This document shows positions 51,614 to 60,934 of a DNA stretch of 64,000 bases, piece by piece. The notes beneath the pieces are model-generated. The model searched no databases, was not told where the DNA came from, and saw nothing but the letters and a program-made list of their open reading frames with translations. Source of the stretch: Gammaproteobacteria bacterium (GTDB lineage Bacteria > Pseudomonadota > Gammaproteobacteria > CBDBBL01); contig CBDBBL010000018.1 in the NCBI GenBank assembly GCA_965203125.1, positions 11,949 to 75,948 on the forward strand. The letters are read 5' to 3'. Numbering within the stretch: position 1 is the first letter of the stretch; each line of letters begins with the position of its first letter. Position numbers and translations under genes: made by a program.

Positions 51614-52103
51614 TCAATATCAATTCTTTGGTATTATATAAGTTATAATACGTCCCATCAAAAAAGAAATGAAACATACCCAAGAAAAAACCAATCATTA
51701 GCAACAGCATTATCACACCTGAAATCACACCATAAAAAGCCCACCTCTTCTGCACTCGCTGGAATTCCTCAACACTGCCCCAATGTTTATTCCTCCACGC
51801 CCAAACACTGCCTCGACTGGCTAAGACAAAGGGTATTATCCAACCAATCACAGGAATGAAGCATAGGATGCTCAGGTAAACATTATTACCCAACCCCCAA
51901 ATCCACGTTAGCATGAATGCACCCCAATTCCATTTGCGAATTTCAGGAGGAATGGTTGAGAAATCACCTTTTCCTGAAATATATTCATCGCCTTTAGGAA
52001 TATCAGTTTTCAACGACTTCCTATCTATACCCAGCGCAGTTGAAGATATCGAGTTTTTATCAAAATGATTTTGAGTAGCATTGAATTTAAAAAACCGAAT
52101 CAT
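51597..52103 (-). CDS. small membrane protein, hypothetical; the N-terminal ~30 codons of the ORF are encoded by MITE B4 (the real start is probably internal)
   Basis: Three TM segments in the C-terminal two-thirds. The N-terminus (…NSISSTALGIDRKS…) matches MITE-encoded peptides seen elsewhere in the window. Confidence 0.4.
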   Translation of the reverse strand: MIRFFKFNATQNHFDKNSISSTALGIDRKSLKTDIPKGDEYISGKGDFSTIPPEIRKWNWGAFMLTWIWGLGNNVYLSILCFIPVIGWIIPFVLASRGSVWAWRNKHWGSVEEFQRVQKRWAFYGVISGVIMLLLMIGFFLGMFHFFFDGTYYNLYNTKELILTTFQS

Positions 52104-52188
52104 AGCAAGCCTATGGTGAGTTTTTTTAAATTGAATGACACCAAAAACATGAAGCTAAAAAGCAGTATCTTCAACTGCTTTGGGTATA
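52026..52188. mobile_element. MITE copy B4 (core more diverged)
   Basis: tatacccagcgcagttgaagatatcgagtttttatc…aatcatagcaagcctatggtg…gcagtatcttcaactgctttgggtata. Confidence 0.75.
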
Positions 52189-52197
52189 TGAATAAAT

Positions 52198-53001
52198 TCA
52201 TTTTTTAGCTACGTCATCTATCATTTTCTTGCGGTTCTTGAAATAAAACAGTGGTCCTGAAATTGCATAACCAACGAAAACAATAAACAACACAACAGGC
52301 GGATCAACTGCAATAAAAATAAGCGTTAACACCACCAGTAACATCGTCATAAATGGCACATGCTGTTTCACATTCAAATCTTTAAAGCTTCGATATGGAA
52401 TGGAAGTAATCATCATAATGGCTAAAAATATCGGCACCACCGCTAACATCACTACAAAAATAGGAGAAACATGAATATGAAAACTCTCTAATACCCAGAC
52501 TAAACCTGCCAACACACCTGCAGCAGCTGGACAGGCCAACCCTTGAAAATAACGTTTTGAAGTTTCTTCTGTGACATTAAATCTTGCCAAACGCAAAGCA
52601 ACAGCCACCGCATAAACAAATGCAATTAACCAACCAATCTTACCCAACGCATTTAACCCCCAAACATACATTAAGCAAGCAGGCGCTATTCCAAAAGAAA
52701 CCATATCTGACAAGCTATCCAACTCTGCCCCAAATGCAGTTTGCGTATTAGTCAGTCTCGCAACACGTCCATCAAGGCTATCAAGTAACATTGCAATAAA
52801 AATAGCAACCGATGCCCAAATGAGCTGTGTGCCTTCTGGATGATGAAAACTAGCAATAATCGCATAAAACCCAGAAAACATCGCAGAAACTGTGAAAAGG
52901 TTTGGCAACAAATAAATACCCTTACCTCGATGTCGAAATCTTGATTTCGATTCATTCTCTATCGACTGTTCACTGTTAACCTTTTTATCTGACTCAGACA
53001 T
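52198..53001 (-). CDS. pssA: CDP-diacylglycerol--serine O-phosphatidyltransferase (CDP-alcohol phosphatidyltransferase type)
   Basis: DSLDGRVARLTNTQTAFGAELDSLSD, the CDP-OH transferase motif; 267 aa with multiple TM segments. Confidence 0.75.
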   Translation of the reverse strand: MSESDKKVNSEQSIENESKSRFRHRGKGIYLLPNLFTVSAMFSGFYAIIASFHHPEGTQLIWASVAIFIAMLLDSLDGRVARLTNTQTAFGAELDSLSDMVSFGIAPACLMYVWGLNALGKIGWLIAFVYAVAVALRLARFNVTEETSKRYFQGLACPAAAGVLAGLVWVLESFHIHVSPIFVVMLAVVPIFLAIMMITSIPYRSFKDLNVKQHVPFMTMLLVVLTLIFIAVDPPVVLFIVFVGYAISGPLFYFKNRKKMIDDVAKK

Positions 53002-53015
53002 GAATTTCCCTTAAC

Positions 53016-53408
53016 TTGTCGCACCTCAACTGTTACACTTATTCGACTGAGGCACAGAATGTGCACAACTATACCAAAACCATGACAGAAAGCACAAAAG
53101 ATAAATCTGAAAACACACAAACCAGCACAGTCGTCATTGAAGGAATAACTGAATCTGGTGAAGCTTTCAGGCCCAGCGACTGGGCAGAACGCATGAGCGG
53201 ACAACTCTCAACATTTCGCCGTAATCGTATTATTTATTCCCCGAAACTTCGTCCCGCTATGAAAGATGGCAATAAATGTGTCGTATTAGACCCCAAACTG
53301 GAAAAATCAAACCCCAAACTTTATCGCTCAATTATGACTTTTGTCAAAAATAATAAACTTCGTATCTGCTCAGAAGAAGATGAAAGCCGAGAAGATGCAA
53401 AAAGTTGA
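53016..53408 (+). CDS. small hypothetical protein, possibly DUF3579-like (real start probably MTESTKD at ~53082)
   Basis: The segment …GEAFRPSDWAERMSGQLSTF… resembles DUF3579 proteins as I recall them (low certainty). It overlaps the annotated start of the PLD gene in another frame. Confidence 0.35.
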   Translation: MSHLNCYTYSTEAQNVHNYTKTMTESTKDKSENTQTSTVVIEGITESGEAFRPSDWAERMSGQLSTFRRNRIIYSPKLRPAMKDGNKCVVLDPKLEKSNPKLYRSIMTFVKNNKLRICSEEDESREDAKS

Positions 53409-54525
53409 AACCGTCTTTCATGACGGCAATGCTTATTTTTCATCGCTATTGAAGGATATCGACTCATCAACCTATAGCATTGAACTGGAATCTTACATAT
53501 TTCAATATAAAAATATTGGGAAGCAACTGGTTACTCACCTAATTGCTGCTACCAAACGAAATGTTCAAGTCCGTATATTAGTTGACGGTGCAGGCACACC
53601 CAACTGGAGTGGGAAGTGGGTCCGTCAAATGGAGCAGTCAGGTATTCAAACTCGGATTTACCACCCCTTTCCTTGGCGATTATGGCAGTGGAGTCGCACC
53701 GTTGTTAAGCTTCCTTCTCTACTGAAAGCAATCTACCTACTACTAAAAATAAACACACGAAATCATCGAAAAACTTGTGTCATCGATCAAAATATTGCTT
53801 ATGTCGGTAGTTTAAATATTAGCGACAAGCATTTAAGCACTCAAACAGGCGGTGAAAACTGGAGAGACACCGGTGTAAAATTAACTGGCTACGACTTATC
53901 TGATCTACAAAACGCTTTCGAATCCATTTGGGATCACACCACTTTAAAGCAACGAGTCAGTAATCTATTCTCACATATTAATACACAAAACAAGATTCGC
54001 CTCAACAACACACGACACCGACGACGTGTATTATATAAGAACTTACTCAAGCGTATTGCACGAGCAAAACAGAAAATTTGGATTACAAATGCTTATTTCA
54101 TTCCCGATAACTTTCTAATGCAGAAACTATGTGATGCTGCCGAATGCGGGTTAGATGTAAAAATCTTACTACCAAGACATTCAGACACGCTTGTCATGCC
54201 ATGGGCATCTAAAGCATTTTATGCAAAATTACTGCACTCAGGCGTTAAAATTTTTGAATACCTACCTAGCATCTTACATGCAAAAACAATGATCATCGAT
54301 CACTGGACACTGATTGGATCTAGCAATTTAAACCATAGAAGCTTACTGCATGATTTAGAAATCGATGTTGTTATTGAACAACCCACCTCAATCAACCACA
54401 TAGCACAACAATATACCCAAGATTTAACACAGTCTAATGAAGTCACCTTAATGTCTTTACAACAACGCCCATGGTATCAGAAGCTCATTGGAAGGGTTGT
54501 TCTCTACTTGAAATACTGGATTTAA
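53341..54525 (+). CDS. phospholipase D-family protein with two HKD motifs (cardiolipin synthase ClsB-like)
   Basis: HKD motif 1 NHRKTCVIDQNIAYVGSLNI and motif 2 LHAKTMIIDHWTLIGSSNLNHRS. Confidence 0.8.
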   Translation: MSKIINFVSAQKKMKAEKMQKVETVFHDGNAYFSSLLKDIDSSTYSIELESYIFQYKNIGKQLVTHLIAATKRNVQVRILVDGAGTPNWSGKWVRQMEQSGIQTRIYHPFPWRLWQWSRTVVKLPSLLKAIYLLLKINTRNHRKTCVIDQNIAYVGSLNISDKHLSTQTGGENWRDTGVKLTGYDLSDLQNAFESIWDHTTLKQRVSNLFSHINTQNKIRLNNTRHRRRVLYKNLLKRIARAKQKIWITNAYFIPDNFLMQKLCDAAECGLDVKILLPRHSDTLVMPWASKAFYAKLLHSGVKIFEYLPSILHAKTMIIDHWTLIGSSNLNHRSLLHDLEIDVVIEQPTSINHIAQQYTQDLTQSNEVTLMSLQQRPWYQKLIGRVVLYLKYWI

Positions 54526-54556
54526 GTTTTACCCAAGACAAGTGATCTTTAACATA

Positions 54557-54720
54557 TATACCCATCATCATTCAAGAAACCGAATTTTAACTTCATAAAT
54601 TTTGAAAAATTGAAATGTAAAAATTTTCGCAATAGCCTGCTATTACTCAATTTTTTAAATTTAATTTTTCTAAAATTCATTTTGTTAAAACTCCGGCATC
54701 TTGAAAGGCGATGGGTATAG
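54557..54720. mobile_element. MITE copy A5
   Basis: tatacccatcatcattcaagaaaccgaattttaac…cgcaatagcctgctattactc…ccggcatcttgaaaggcgatgggtatag. Confidence 0.85.
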
Positions 54721-54897
54721 ACAAAAGAAAAGGCGCAAAGCCAATTCATTGTCTCGACTTAACACCTCTTCGGGGAAACTGACGTTCATCCTAAGAAATA
54801 ATAATCCTGATTAAAACAACTACATGCTTAAATCACCCTAAGCATTATCTCACAACGATGATATACCCACTGCACGTGAAGACACTGGACGCTCAAA

Positions 54898-55061
54898 TAT
54901 ACCCAAACCGCTTGGAGACGCCGAGGCTTTAACATAAGGAGCTTGAGCAGAATCAGATTTAAAAGATTGAGCAATAGCACCGCTATTGGGAAAGATTTTA
55001 GATTTGTATTCTGCTGAGATCATGCCGTTAAAGTTTGGTGTCTTCATGTGGTTTGGGTATA
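54898..55061. mobile_element. MITE copy B5; its right end encodes the last ~10 aa of the Bax-like protein
   Basis: tatacccaaaccgcttggagacgccgaggctttaac…gcaatagcaccgctattggg…gtttggtgtcttcatgtggtttgggtata. Confidence 0.85.
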
Positions 55062-55759
55062 CATTGTGCATACTGACCCAAATCATATTGCAGAATAATG
55101 TGCTGAATCGTTGATACGTACCAAACACCTCTCTCAGAGTAATTACTCAATCCTACCGCCATCTGCACACCCAAGTTCATCGTCTTCTTCTCACTCAAGA
55201 AGTCTCGACGAATCTGCCACAATTGTTTGTGCGCTGAATTACGGTTTAAGTTTAAAAAATAAGCAGCCACGGAGGCTTGCCTTGTTGGAAACTTCTGCAC
55301 TGCAAAACGCCACTGACTAGAACGATCTTTCGGCTTCAAACCACACTGTGGCTGAGAGCACCATTGACCAAAATAGTTATGTGCCTGCCTAGCAAACCGT
55401 GACTGCCCCCATGCTGACTCATTAATCGCTTGCGCTAACACCAAAGAAGCAGGAATGATGTTTACTCTTAAACTTAACTGCTGAAATAAACGACGATTAA
55501 CTCCAACAAATGGTAGATTAAAACGTGCCGCTAATGATAACAACCACATCTTCTCTACTGAATTCAAATGATTGTTGGCTTGCCATAACGATTGATAATG
55601 TAAAATCAATTGGTGCATTTTGTGATACTTCACATTAGTTGCACAAATTGCTGGCACCATTTTTTGAATAAACTGAGTCTGCTTCTCAGTTAGTTTTTTA
55701 GGCGCAGCGTAACTGTATGATGAGAAAATAATACAATAGCAAATCAACACCCATTTCAT
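55028..55759 (-). CDS. Bax-like secreted protein with a glucosaminidase (FlgJ C-terminal type) domain
   Basis: Signal peptide, then ASLVLAQAINESAWGQSRFARQAHNYFGQW, typical of the mannosyl-glycoprotein endo-beta-N-acetylglucosaminidase domain. The C-terminus IPKPHEDTKL is MITE-derived. Confidence 0.65.
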   Translation of the reverse strand: MKWVLICYCIIFSSYSYAAPKKLTEKQTQFIQKMVPAICATNVKYHKMHQLILHYQSLWQANNHLNSVEKMWLLSLAARFNLPFVGVNRRLFQQLSLRVNIIPASLVLAQAINESAWGQSRFARQAHNYFGQWCSQPQCGLKPKDRSSQWRFAVQKFPTRQASVAAYFLNLNRNSAHKQLWQIRRDFLSEKKTMNLGVQMAVGLSNYSERGVWYVSTIQHIILQYDLGQYAQCIPKPHEDTKL

Positions 55760-58554
55760 GCTGAAATCAGACTTTTGGTGACCACCTCTTTCACATCATT
55801 GGACAATCCTTGATTTTGCTTAATCCGCTCTAACACCTGCTTCATCAGCTGCTGTCGTGGCAAATCAAACTTCCTCCAGTAAATCAATGGCTCTACCAGC
55901 CGAGCTGCCAGTTGTGGATTAAAACGATCTGCCTCCAAGATTTGCTGTTGCAGAAAATGATAGCCTGAACCATCAATCACATGAAATGCGATTGGATTAT
56001 TAACACAAAACTGTCCCACCAAAGCACGCACTTTATTTGGATTACAAGCATCATATGCCTCATGTTCCAATAATACTTGTACTCGACTCAACGCGCTGCC
56101 TCCTTCAAGCGAATCATGAGCAGTTGCTTGTAATGACAACCACTTATCGACCACTAGTGCTTGGCTCTGCCAGCGTCGATAAAAATGCGCTAACTGTTCA
56201 TTCCTTTGGACTGAAGCCACTTGATTCAATGCTATTAACGCCCCAAATTCATTAGTCATATTACGTGAACACTGGTACTGATCAACACAATGCGCTCTAA
56301 TTTCTGGCGTCGATGCTATTGCTAGCAACTTCATGCTTGCATTTTTTAAAGCCCGCAGCCCAATTTGATCACTATCATACTCAGCAGTACCTGTCTTATT
56401 TTGCTGACTTAACACCAATAATGAGGACCTTAAAGCAATCGAAATTGCTTGCTGATAATGATCTAATGCTTGAGCTAAATATTCCAACCTCACTTGATCA
56501 AACATAGCTATTAACTCTGCTAAAGTCGGCAATGTTAACAGTCGCGCTTTCAACCCACAGTCAAGTGTATCATCATCCACAATGCACTGGTAAGCATTGA
56601 TAATACGCTGATCAATTTGGACAACCCCACCTTGTTTCAAGCTATCATTTGCTTGCTGAATTGCCCCTATCAGCAATTGATTAGTAATATCCCAACGATT
56701 AAACCCATCTGTTTCATGCTGCATCAGACATAAAAGTGAATCAATTGAATAAGTATAATTCATTTTAACTGGCGCTGAAAAACCACGATTTAATGAAACA
56801 ATGGGCTGTTCATCAACCGACTCAAAAATAAACGTTTCCACTTCCTGCGTCACATGTAATACATTGGAGTCACTTAAGCTTCCCTGTTTCAACATCAATG
56901 GTATTTGCTGCCCATCATGAGTAAACAACCCAATACGCAACGGAATAAAAAACGGCAACTTTTCAGAACCATCTGCTGTATTATCACAATGCTGCTCAAT
57001 CGTTAAATGGTAATACTGTGTTGCCTCATCATAACGGTCTGTCACCGTCAGAATCGGCGTTCCTGCCTGATGATACCAGCGTTCAAATTGTGTTAAATCA
57101 AATTCTGATACTTCGGACATGCAAGCGACAAAATCTTCTGTCGTCACCGCTTGCCCATCAAAACGAGAAAAATATAAATCAGTCCCTTGACGATATTTTT
57201 CTTGCCCCAGCAAGGTATGCAACATGCGAATCACTTCCGCACCTTTGTTGTATACAGTCACCGTATAAAAGTTATTAATCTCATCAAAATGATCAGGACG
57301 AATGGGATGCGCCATCGGTCCTGCATCTTGTGCAAACTGTGCACTACGAATGATCTTAACATCATCAATCCGTGTCACCGCTTGCCCAACCTGATCTTCG
57401 GTAAAAGACTGGTCACGAAAAACGGTTAAGCCTTCTTTTAAACTTAATTGGAACCAATCTCGACAAGTGACACGATTACCTGACCAATTATGAAAATATT
57501 CATGTGCAACAACACCTTCCACTGCAATCAAATCTGCATCTGTTGCAGTTTGTGCATTCGCTAAAACATATTTGGTATTGAAAATATTGAGCCCTTTATT
57601 CTCCATCGCACCGAAGTTAAAGTCACTCACAGCAACAATCATGTAAATATCTAAATCATATTCACGACCATATTTCTCCTCATCCCAACGCATTGCACGC
57701 TGTAAAGAAGCCATTGCATGTTGTGTTTGATCTAAAAACCCTTTCTCCACATAGAGCTTTAAATCAACATTACGTCCCGACTGAGTAATAAACTGATCAG
57801 ATAAACAATCAAAATCACCTGCAACTAACGCAAATAAATAACAAGGTTTTAAGGATGGATCCTGCCAAACCACTTGATGACGCCCATCAGCAAGATCACA
57901 AGCATCGATTTGATTACCATTAGATAACAACTGGGGAAATTTGCTTTTATCTGCTCGAATTGTGGTCGTAAAATACGACAGTACATCAGGACGATCCAAA
58001 AAATAAGTAATCCGTCGAAAACCATGTGATTCACATTGCGTACAGTAGTTGTCATTAGAAATGTACAGCCCGCTTAAAGTTTTATTAGTCTTCGGACTAA
58101 TAAAAACTGTCGTTTCCAATAAGAATGACTCACTGGGTGGATTCAGAATCGTTAAACCTGTCTCATCAACCTGATAATCAGTACCATCTATACCCAAATC
58201 ACTTGAAGACGCCGAGGTTTTAACATAATGAGCTTGAGCAGAATCAGATTTAAAAGATTGAGCAATAGCATCGCTACTGGGAAAACTTTTAGATTTGTAT
58301 TCTGCCGAGCTCATGCCGTTAAAGTCCGGCGTCTTCAAGTGATTTGGGTATAAAACTTGCCCATTGAGCTTAAGCATATGTAATTCAAGTTGTTCCCCAT
58401 TAAGAAACAGTGGCTCATGAGCAGGTGTATGCGCTTGTCTTTTTAACTTTAACTGACTAATAACACAAGTACGTTCTTCGGCTAAATCAAAAATCAACTC
58501 AACTTGGCTGATTTGGTAATTCGGCACTTGATAGTCTTTTAAATAAGTTGTCAT
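55756..58554 (-). CDS. pepN: aminopeptidase N (M1 family) with an in-frame 54-aa MITE-encoded insertion near the N-terminus
   Basis: HEYFHNWSGNRVT…LKEGLTVF zinc-binding and gluzincin motifs, collinear with E. coli PepN. The extra segment YPNHLKTPDFNGMSSAEYKSKSFPSSDAIAQSFKSDSAQAHYVKTSASSSDLGI matches MITE B6 exactly in position. Confidence 0.9.
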   Translation of the reverse strand: MTTYLKDYQVPNYQISQVELIFDLAEERTCVISQLKLKRQAHTPAHEPLFLNGEQLELHMLKLNGQVLYPNHLKTPDFNGMSSAEYKSKSFPSSDAIAQSFKSDSAQAHYVKTSASSSDLGIDGTDYQVDETGLTILNPPSESFLLETTVFISPKTNKTLSGLYISNDNYCTQCESHGFRRITYFLDRPDVLSYFTTTIRADKSKFPQLLSNGNQIDACDLADGRHQVVWQDPSLKPCYLFALVAGDFDCLSDQFITQSGRNVDLKLYVEKGFLDQTQHAMASLQRAMRWDEEKYGREYDLDIYMIVAVSDFNFGAMENKGLNIFNTKYVLANAQTATDADLIAVEGVVAHEYFHNWSGNRVTCRDWFQLSLKEGLTVFRDQSFTEDQVGQAVTRIDDVKIIRSAQFAQDAGPMAHPIRPDHFDEINNFYTVTVYNKGAEVIRMLHTLLGQEKYRQGTDLYFSRFDGQAVTTEDFVACMSEVSEFDLTQFERWYHQAGTPILTVTDRYDEATQYYHLTIEQHCDNTADGSEKLPFFIPLRIGLFTHDGQQIPLMLKQGSLSDSNVLHVTQEVETFIFESVDEQPIVSLNRGFSAPVKMNYTYSIDSLLCLMQHETDGFNRWDITNQLLIGAIQQANDSLKQGGVVQIDQRIINAYQCIVDDDTLDCGLKARLLTLPTLAELIAMFDQVRLEYLAQALDHYQQAISIALRSSLLVLSQQNKTGTAEYDSDQIGLRALKNASMKLLAIASTPEIRAHCVDQYQCSRNMTNEFGALIALNQVASVQRNEQLAHFYRRWQSQALVVDKWLSLQATAHDSLEGGSALSRVQVLLEHEAYDACNPNKVRALVGQFCVNNPIAFHVIDGSGYHFLQQQILEADRFNPQLAARLVEPLIYWRKFDLPRQQLMKQVLERIKQNQGLSNDVKEVVTKSLISA
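58189..58352. mobile_element. MITE copy B6, in frame inside pepN
   Basis: tatacccaaatcacttgaagacgccgaggttttaac…gcaatagcatcgctactggg…gtccggcgtcttcaagtgatttgggtata, 164 bp. Net 162 bp if TA is a shared target duplication. Confidence 0.85.
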
Positions 58555-58647
58555 CTTATTGTACTCTCTCTAAAAAATTGATCAATCTACTCATCGCAGT
58601 TGGAGATATCTACCTTGTCACTTCTTCAACCAACTTGTTTAAGCAAT

Positions 58648-60288
58648 TTAGAACCTGTAAAAAACAACTGGGTTTCTTGCAGGGTCAGGGTGATAAACAT
58701 TCATAAAATCAAGCATTGTGTATGATCCTTGCTGGTAGCACATTGCATCACATGAACATGCTTCTGGTCTTTGATAATGCCTCTTAACATAAGCTAACTT
58801 CATCGGCAGGTTTTGCAAAATCGACTCCATCTCTCTTAAGTGCATATTCACACCTCGAATCACGATTTCTTGTGTTAATCTAAATCGTTTACAAATCTTA
58901 CACAACGGTTCAAATAAAGCATACAGCTGCGCCCACTGGATCAATGTCGAAGTTGTCAAGATTAGATCAACACGATAACTTTGATCACTCTGCTTATCTA
59001 ATGGATCAAAATAATACAACTCTGCCGATTTAATCAAGTCACCTAACTGCATTCTTAAGATCTGCGTGATACTATTTTCTGACACAATCGGCGCATAATC
59101 AAGTGGTAAGATTCTAAGTTTGACCAGTTGCTTACGTAAAGCAAACAGTGAAATTAGCTTTGCTTGAGGGTTCAAAGCGACAGGAAGCTGCTTTAAATTG
59201 TGTTGCTTAAATTTATCCATCGAATAGTAACAGTGGATACTCTGATCAGTTGCTGTTTTTACCTCAACAAACGCAAACTTTTTTTGATGGGTTAGCACCT
59301 CATGGGTTAATAACCTACCTGATTTATCAAACAAACAAGGTGTCATCTTACGACCAGCCCAGTACCCATAACCATATTCAAAACCCAATTGCTCATATTG
59401 CTCAATATCCCTTAAAGCAATGAAGCAATACACGGGAATACCATTAACAGGTACAGATATAAAAGTTAAATTTGCCCAAGCAACATGTTGATGCTGCTGC
59501 ACCCGTGATGAAAAGCTAAAATACTCGCTTGAATTTAATCTAAAATCAGCGTTTTGACGAAACATATATTGTGCATATTGTTCGTAACTGATTGCACTTG
59601 TTGCCGGAAAACTGTTTTGTGCATCAGTTAGGAAATAACCATCGGCAGTATATTTGAACATGGCAGGCATTTGCTCAGGATGCTGGTGATAACGATTGAG
59701 CCTTTGCAAAGCGTCATCTTGATTATTCGGCATATGTTGTATAAATCTTGCCAATCCACCAATATCTTTCGCACTAATATGGGAATCAGCAGTTCCTCCC
59801 AGTGGATAGTCGTCTCCAGTTGATATCGCACCTAACTGATGTAATCCTGCATAAGTTAAAACCACTTCACCTGCTCGAAATTTTCGATTGGCAAATAAAC
59901 CACACCCAACTCGATCATCTATCTTTGCGACAATAAAATCATCCGAAGGGGATTGACATAAACGAACAGACACCAATCGTTGTAAGTCTCTATCGAACGC
60001 TTGTGGTGGTAATTCCATTTCTCTATCGATTTGAGGTGTCACCCATGTGCTTTCTGAGTATTGAAAGTGATGTATCACCTCAAGCCTTGATACTGCTGTC
60101 CTAGTAATTCTACTAGGAATAATCGGTACCTGATCCATTGTTAATACATAGTCAGAACTAGCACTTTTCACACGATCTATATTCACATGTCTTCTCGAAG
60201 TAGTCACAATGTTTGCCGATTGAACAATACGCTGTGATGATTGATGAGAACGGCGATATTTTTTCTTAGCTTTGCGACCCATAGGCAT
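58648..60288 (-). CDS. SET-domain protein (putative protein lysine methyltransferase; eukaryotic-like effector candidate) with a basic NLS-like N-terminus
   Basis: Three SET signatures in order: GxG region VGCGLFANRKFRAGEVVLTYAGL; NHSC-like ARFIQHMPN; ELxFDY-like EQLGFEYGYGYW. The N-terminus reads MPMGRKAKKKYRRSHQ. No secretion-system signal recognisable from sequence. Confidence 0.5.
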   Translation of the reverse strand: MPMGRKAKKKYRRSHQSSQRIVQSANIVTTSRRHVNIDRVKSASSDYVLTMDQVPIIPSRITRTAVSRLEVIHHFQYSESTWVTPQIDREMELPPQAFDRDLQRLVSVRLCQSPSDDFIVAKIDDRVGCGLFANRKFRAGEVVLTYAGLHQLGAISTGDDYPLGGTADSHISAKDIGGLARFIQHMPNNQDDALQRLNRYHQHPEQMPAMFKYTADGYFLTDAQNSFPATSAISYEQYAQYMFRQNADFRLNSSEYFSFSSRVQQHQHVAWANLTFISVPVNGIPVYCFIALRDIEQYEQLGFEYGYGYWAGRKMTPCLFDKSGRLLTHEVLTHQKKFAFVEVKTATDQSIHCYYSMDKFKQHNLKQLPVALNPQAKLISLFALRKQLVKLRILPLDYAPIVSENSITQILRMQLGDLIKSAELYYFDPLDKQSDQSYRVDLILTTSTLIQWAQLYALFEPLCKICKRFRLTQEIVIRGVNMHLREMESILQNLPMKLAYVKRHYQRPEACSCDAMCYQQGSYTMLDFMNVYHPDPARNPVVFYRF

Positions 60289-60485
60289 AATCCAAACTGA
60301 TTTGCTATCATCTTAATGGTTAATAGGTAGTGTGACAAATTAGTTGAATCAACCAGCTCTCTCATCATTCCGCGATGGCGTGCGGAATGGTGAGGGGATA
60401 TGCAGTTACTGTCACTACATTTATTTATTCTCATAGAACAATCTCAATTTATGTGAGAACAGCAGTAAAATAAAGCCGATTACAA

Positions 60486-60812
60486 TTGCAAAACAGCCTA
60501 TGTGTGAAAAGACATGAGAAAAGTACTGAAGCGCACGGAGCAGGAGCGAGACATACTAAAAAAGGCGGCAGCGTATTTTGCGAGCGAAAAGCTGTGAAAT
60601 ACGCATTCATTAAAAACAATCGTCATACCTGTCGTGTAGATCTGATGGCACAGATGTTAAGCGTGAGCACATCAGTCACTAGGGAGCAAGCTAGATCATC
60701 CATCTTTGAGTATATTGAAGCCTATTTTAATACGCGTAGGCGTCATAGCGCCATTAATTACGTGACTCCAGATCAATTTGAACGTATTATTTGGATTGAT
60801 AAAGTCGCGTGA
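60486..60812 (+). pseudogene. remnant of an IS3-family transposase (end of OrfA and start of OrfB, frameshifted/truncated)
   Basis: …EQERDILKKAAAYFASEKL (OrfA C-terminal consensus), then in another frame KYAFIKNNRHTCRVDLMAQMLSVS and …YFNTRRRHSAINYVTPDQFE (the IS3 OrfB C-terminal RPH…LGY..P motif). Only ~330 bp remain. Confidence 0.6.
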
Positions 60813-60934
60813 CTTTCATGTCCCATTTTGGGGAACAGGATCAAATGATCAAATGTGCCCACTTAAGCGTGTGCGTCTGTAATCTGCATCATGCAACGAT
60901 GATACTGATATCATCGTTGCTTACAATAGCGTGA

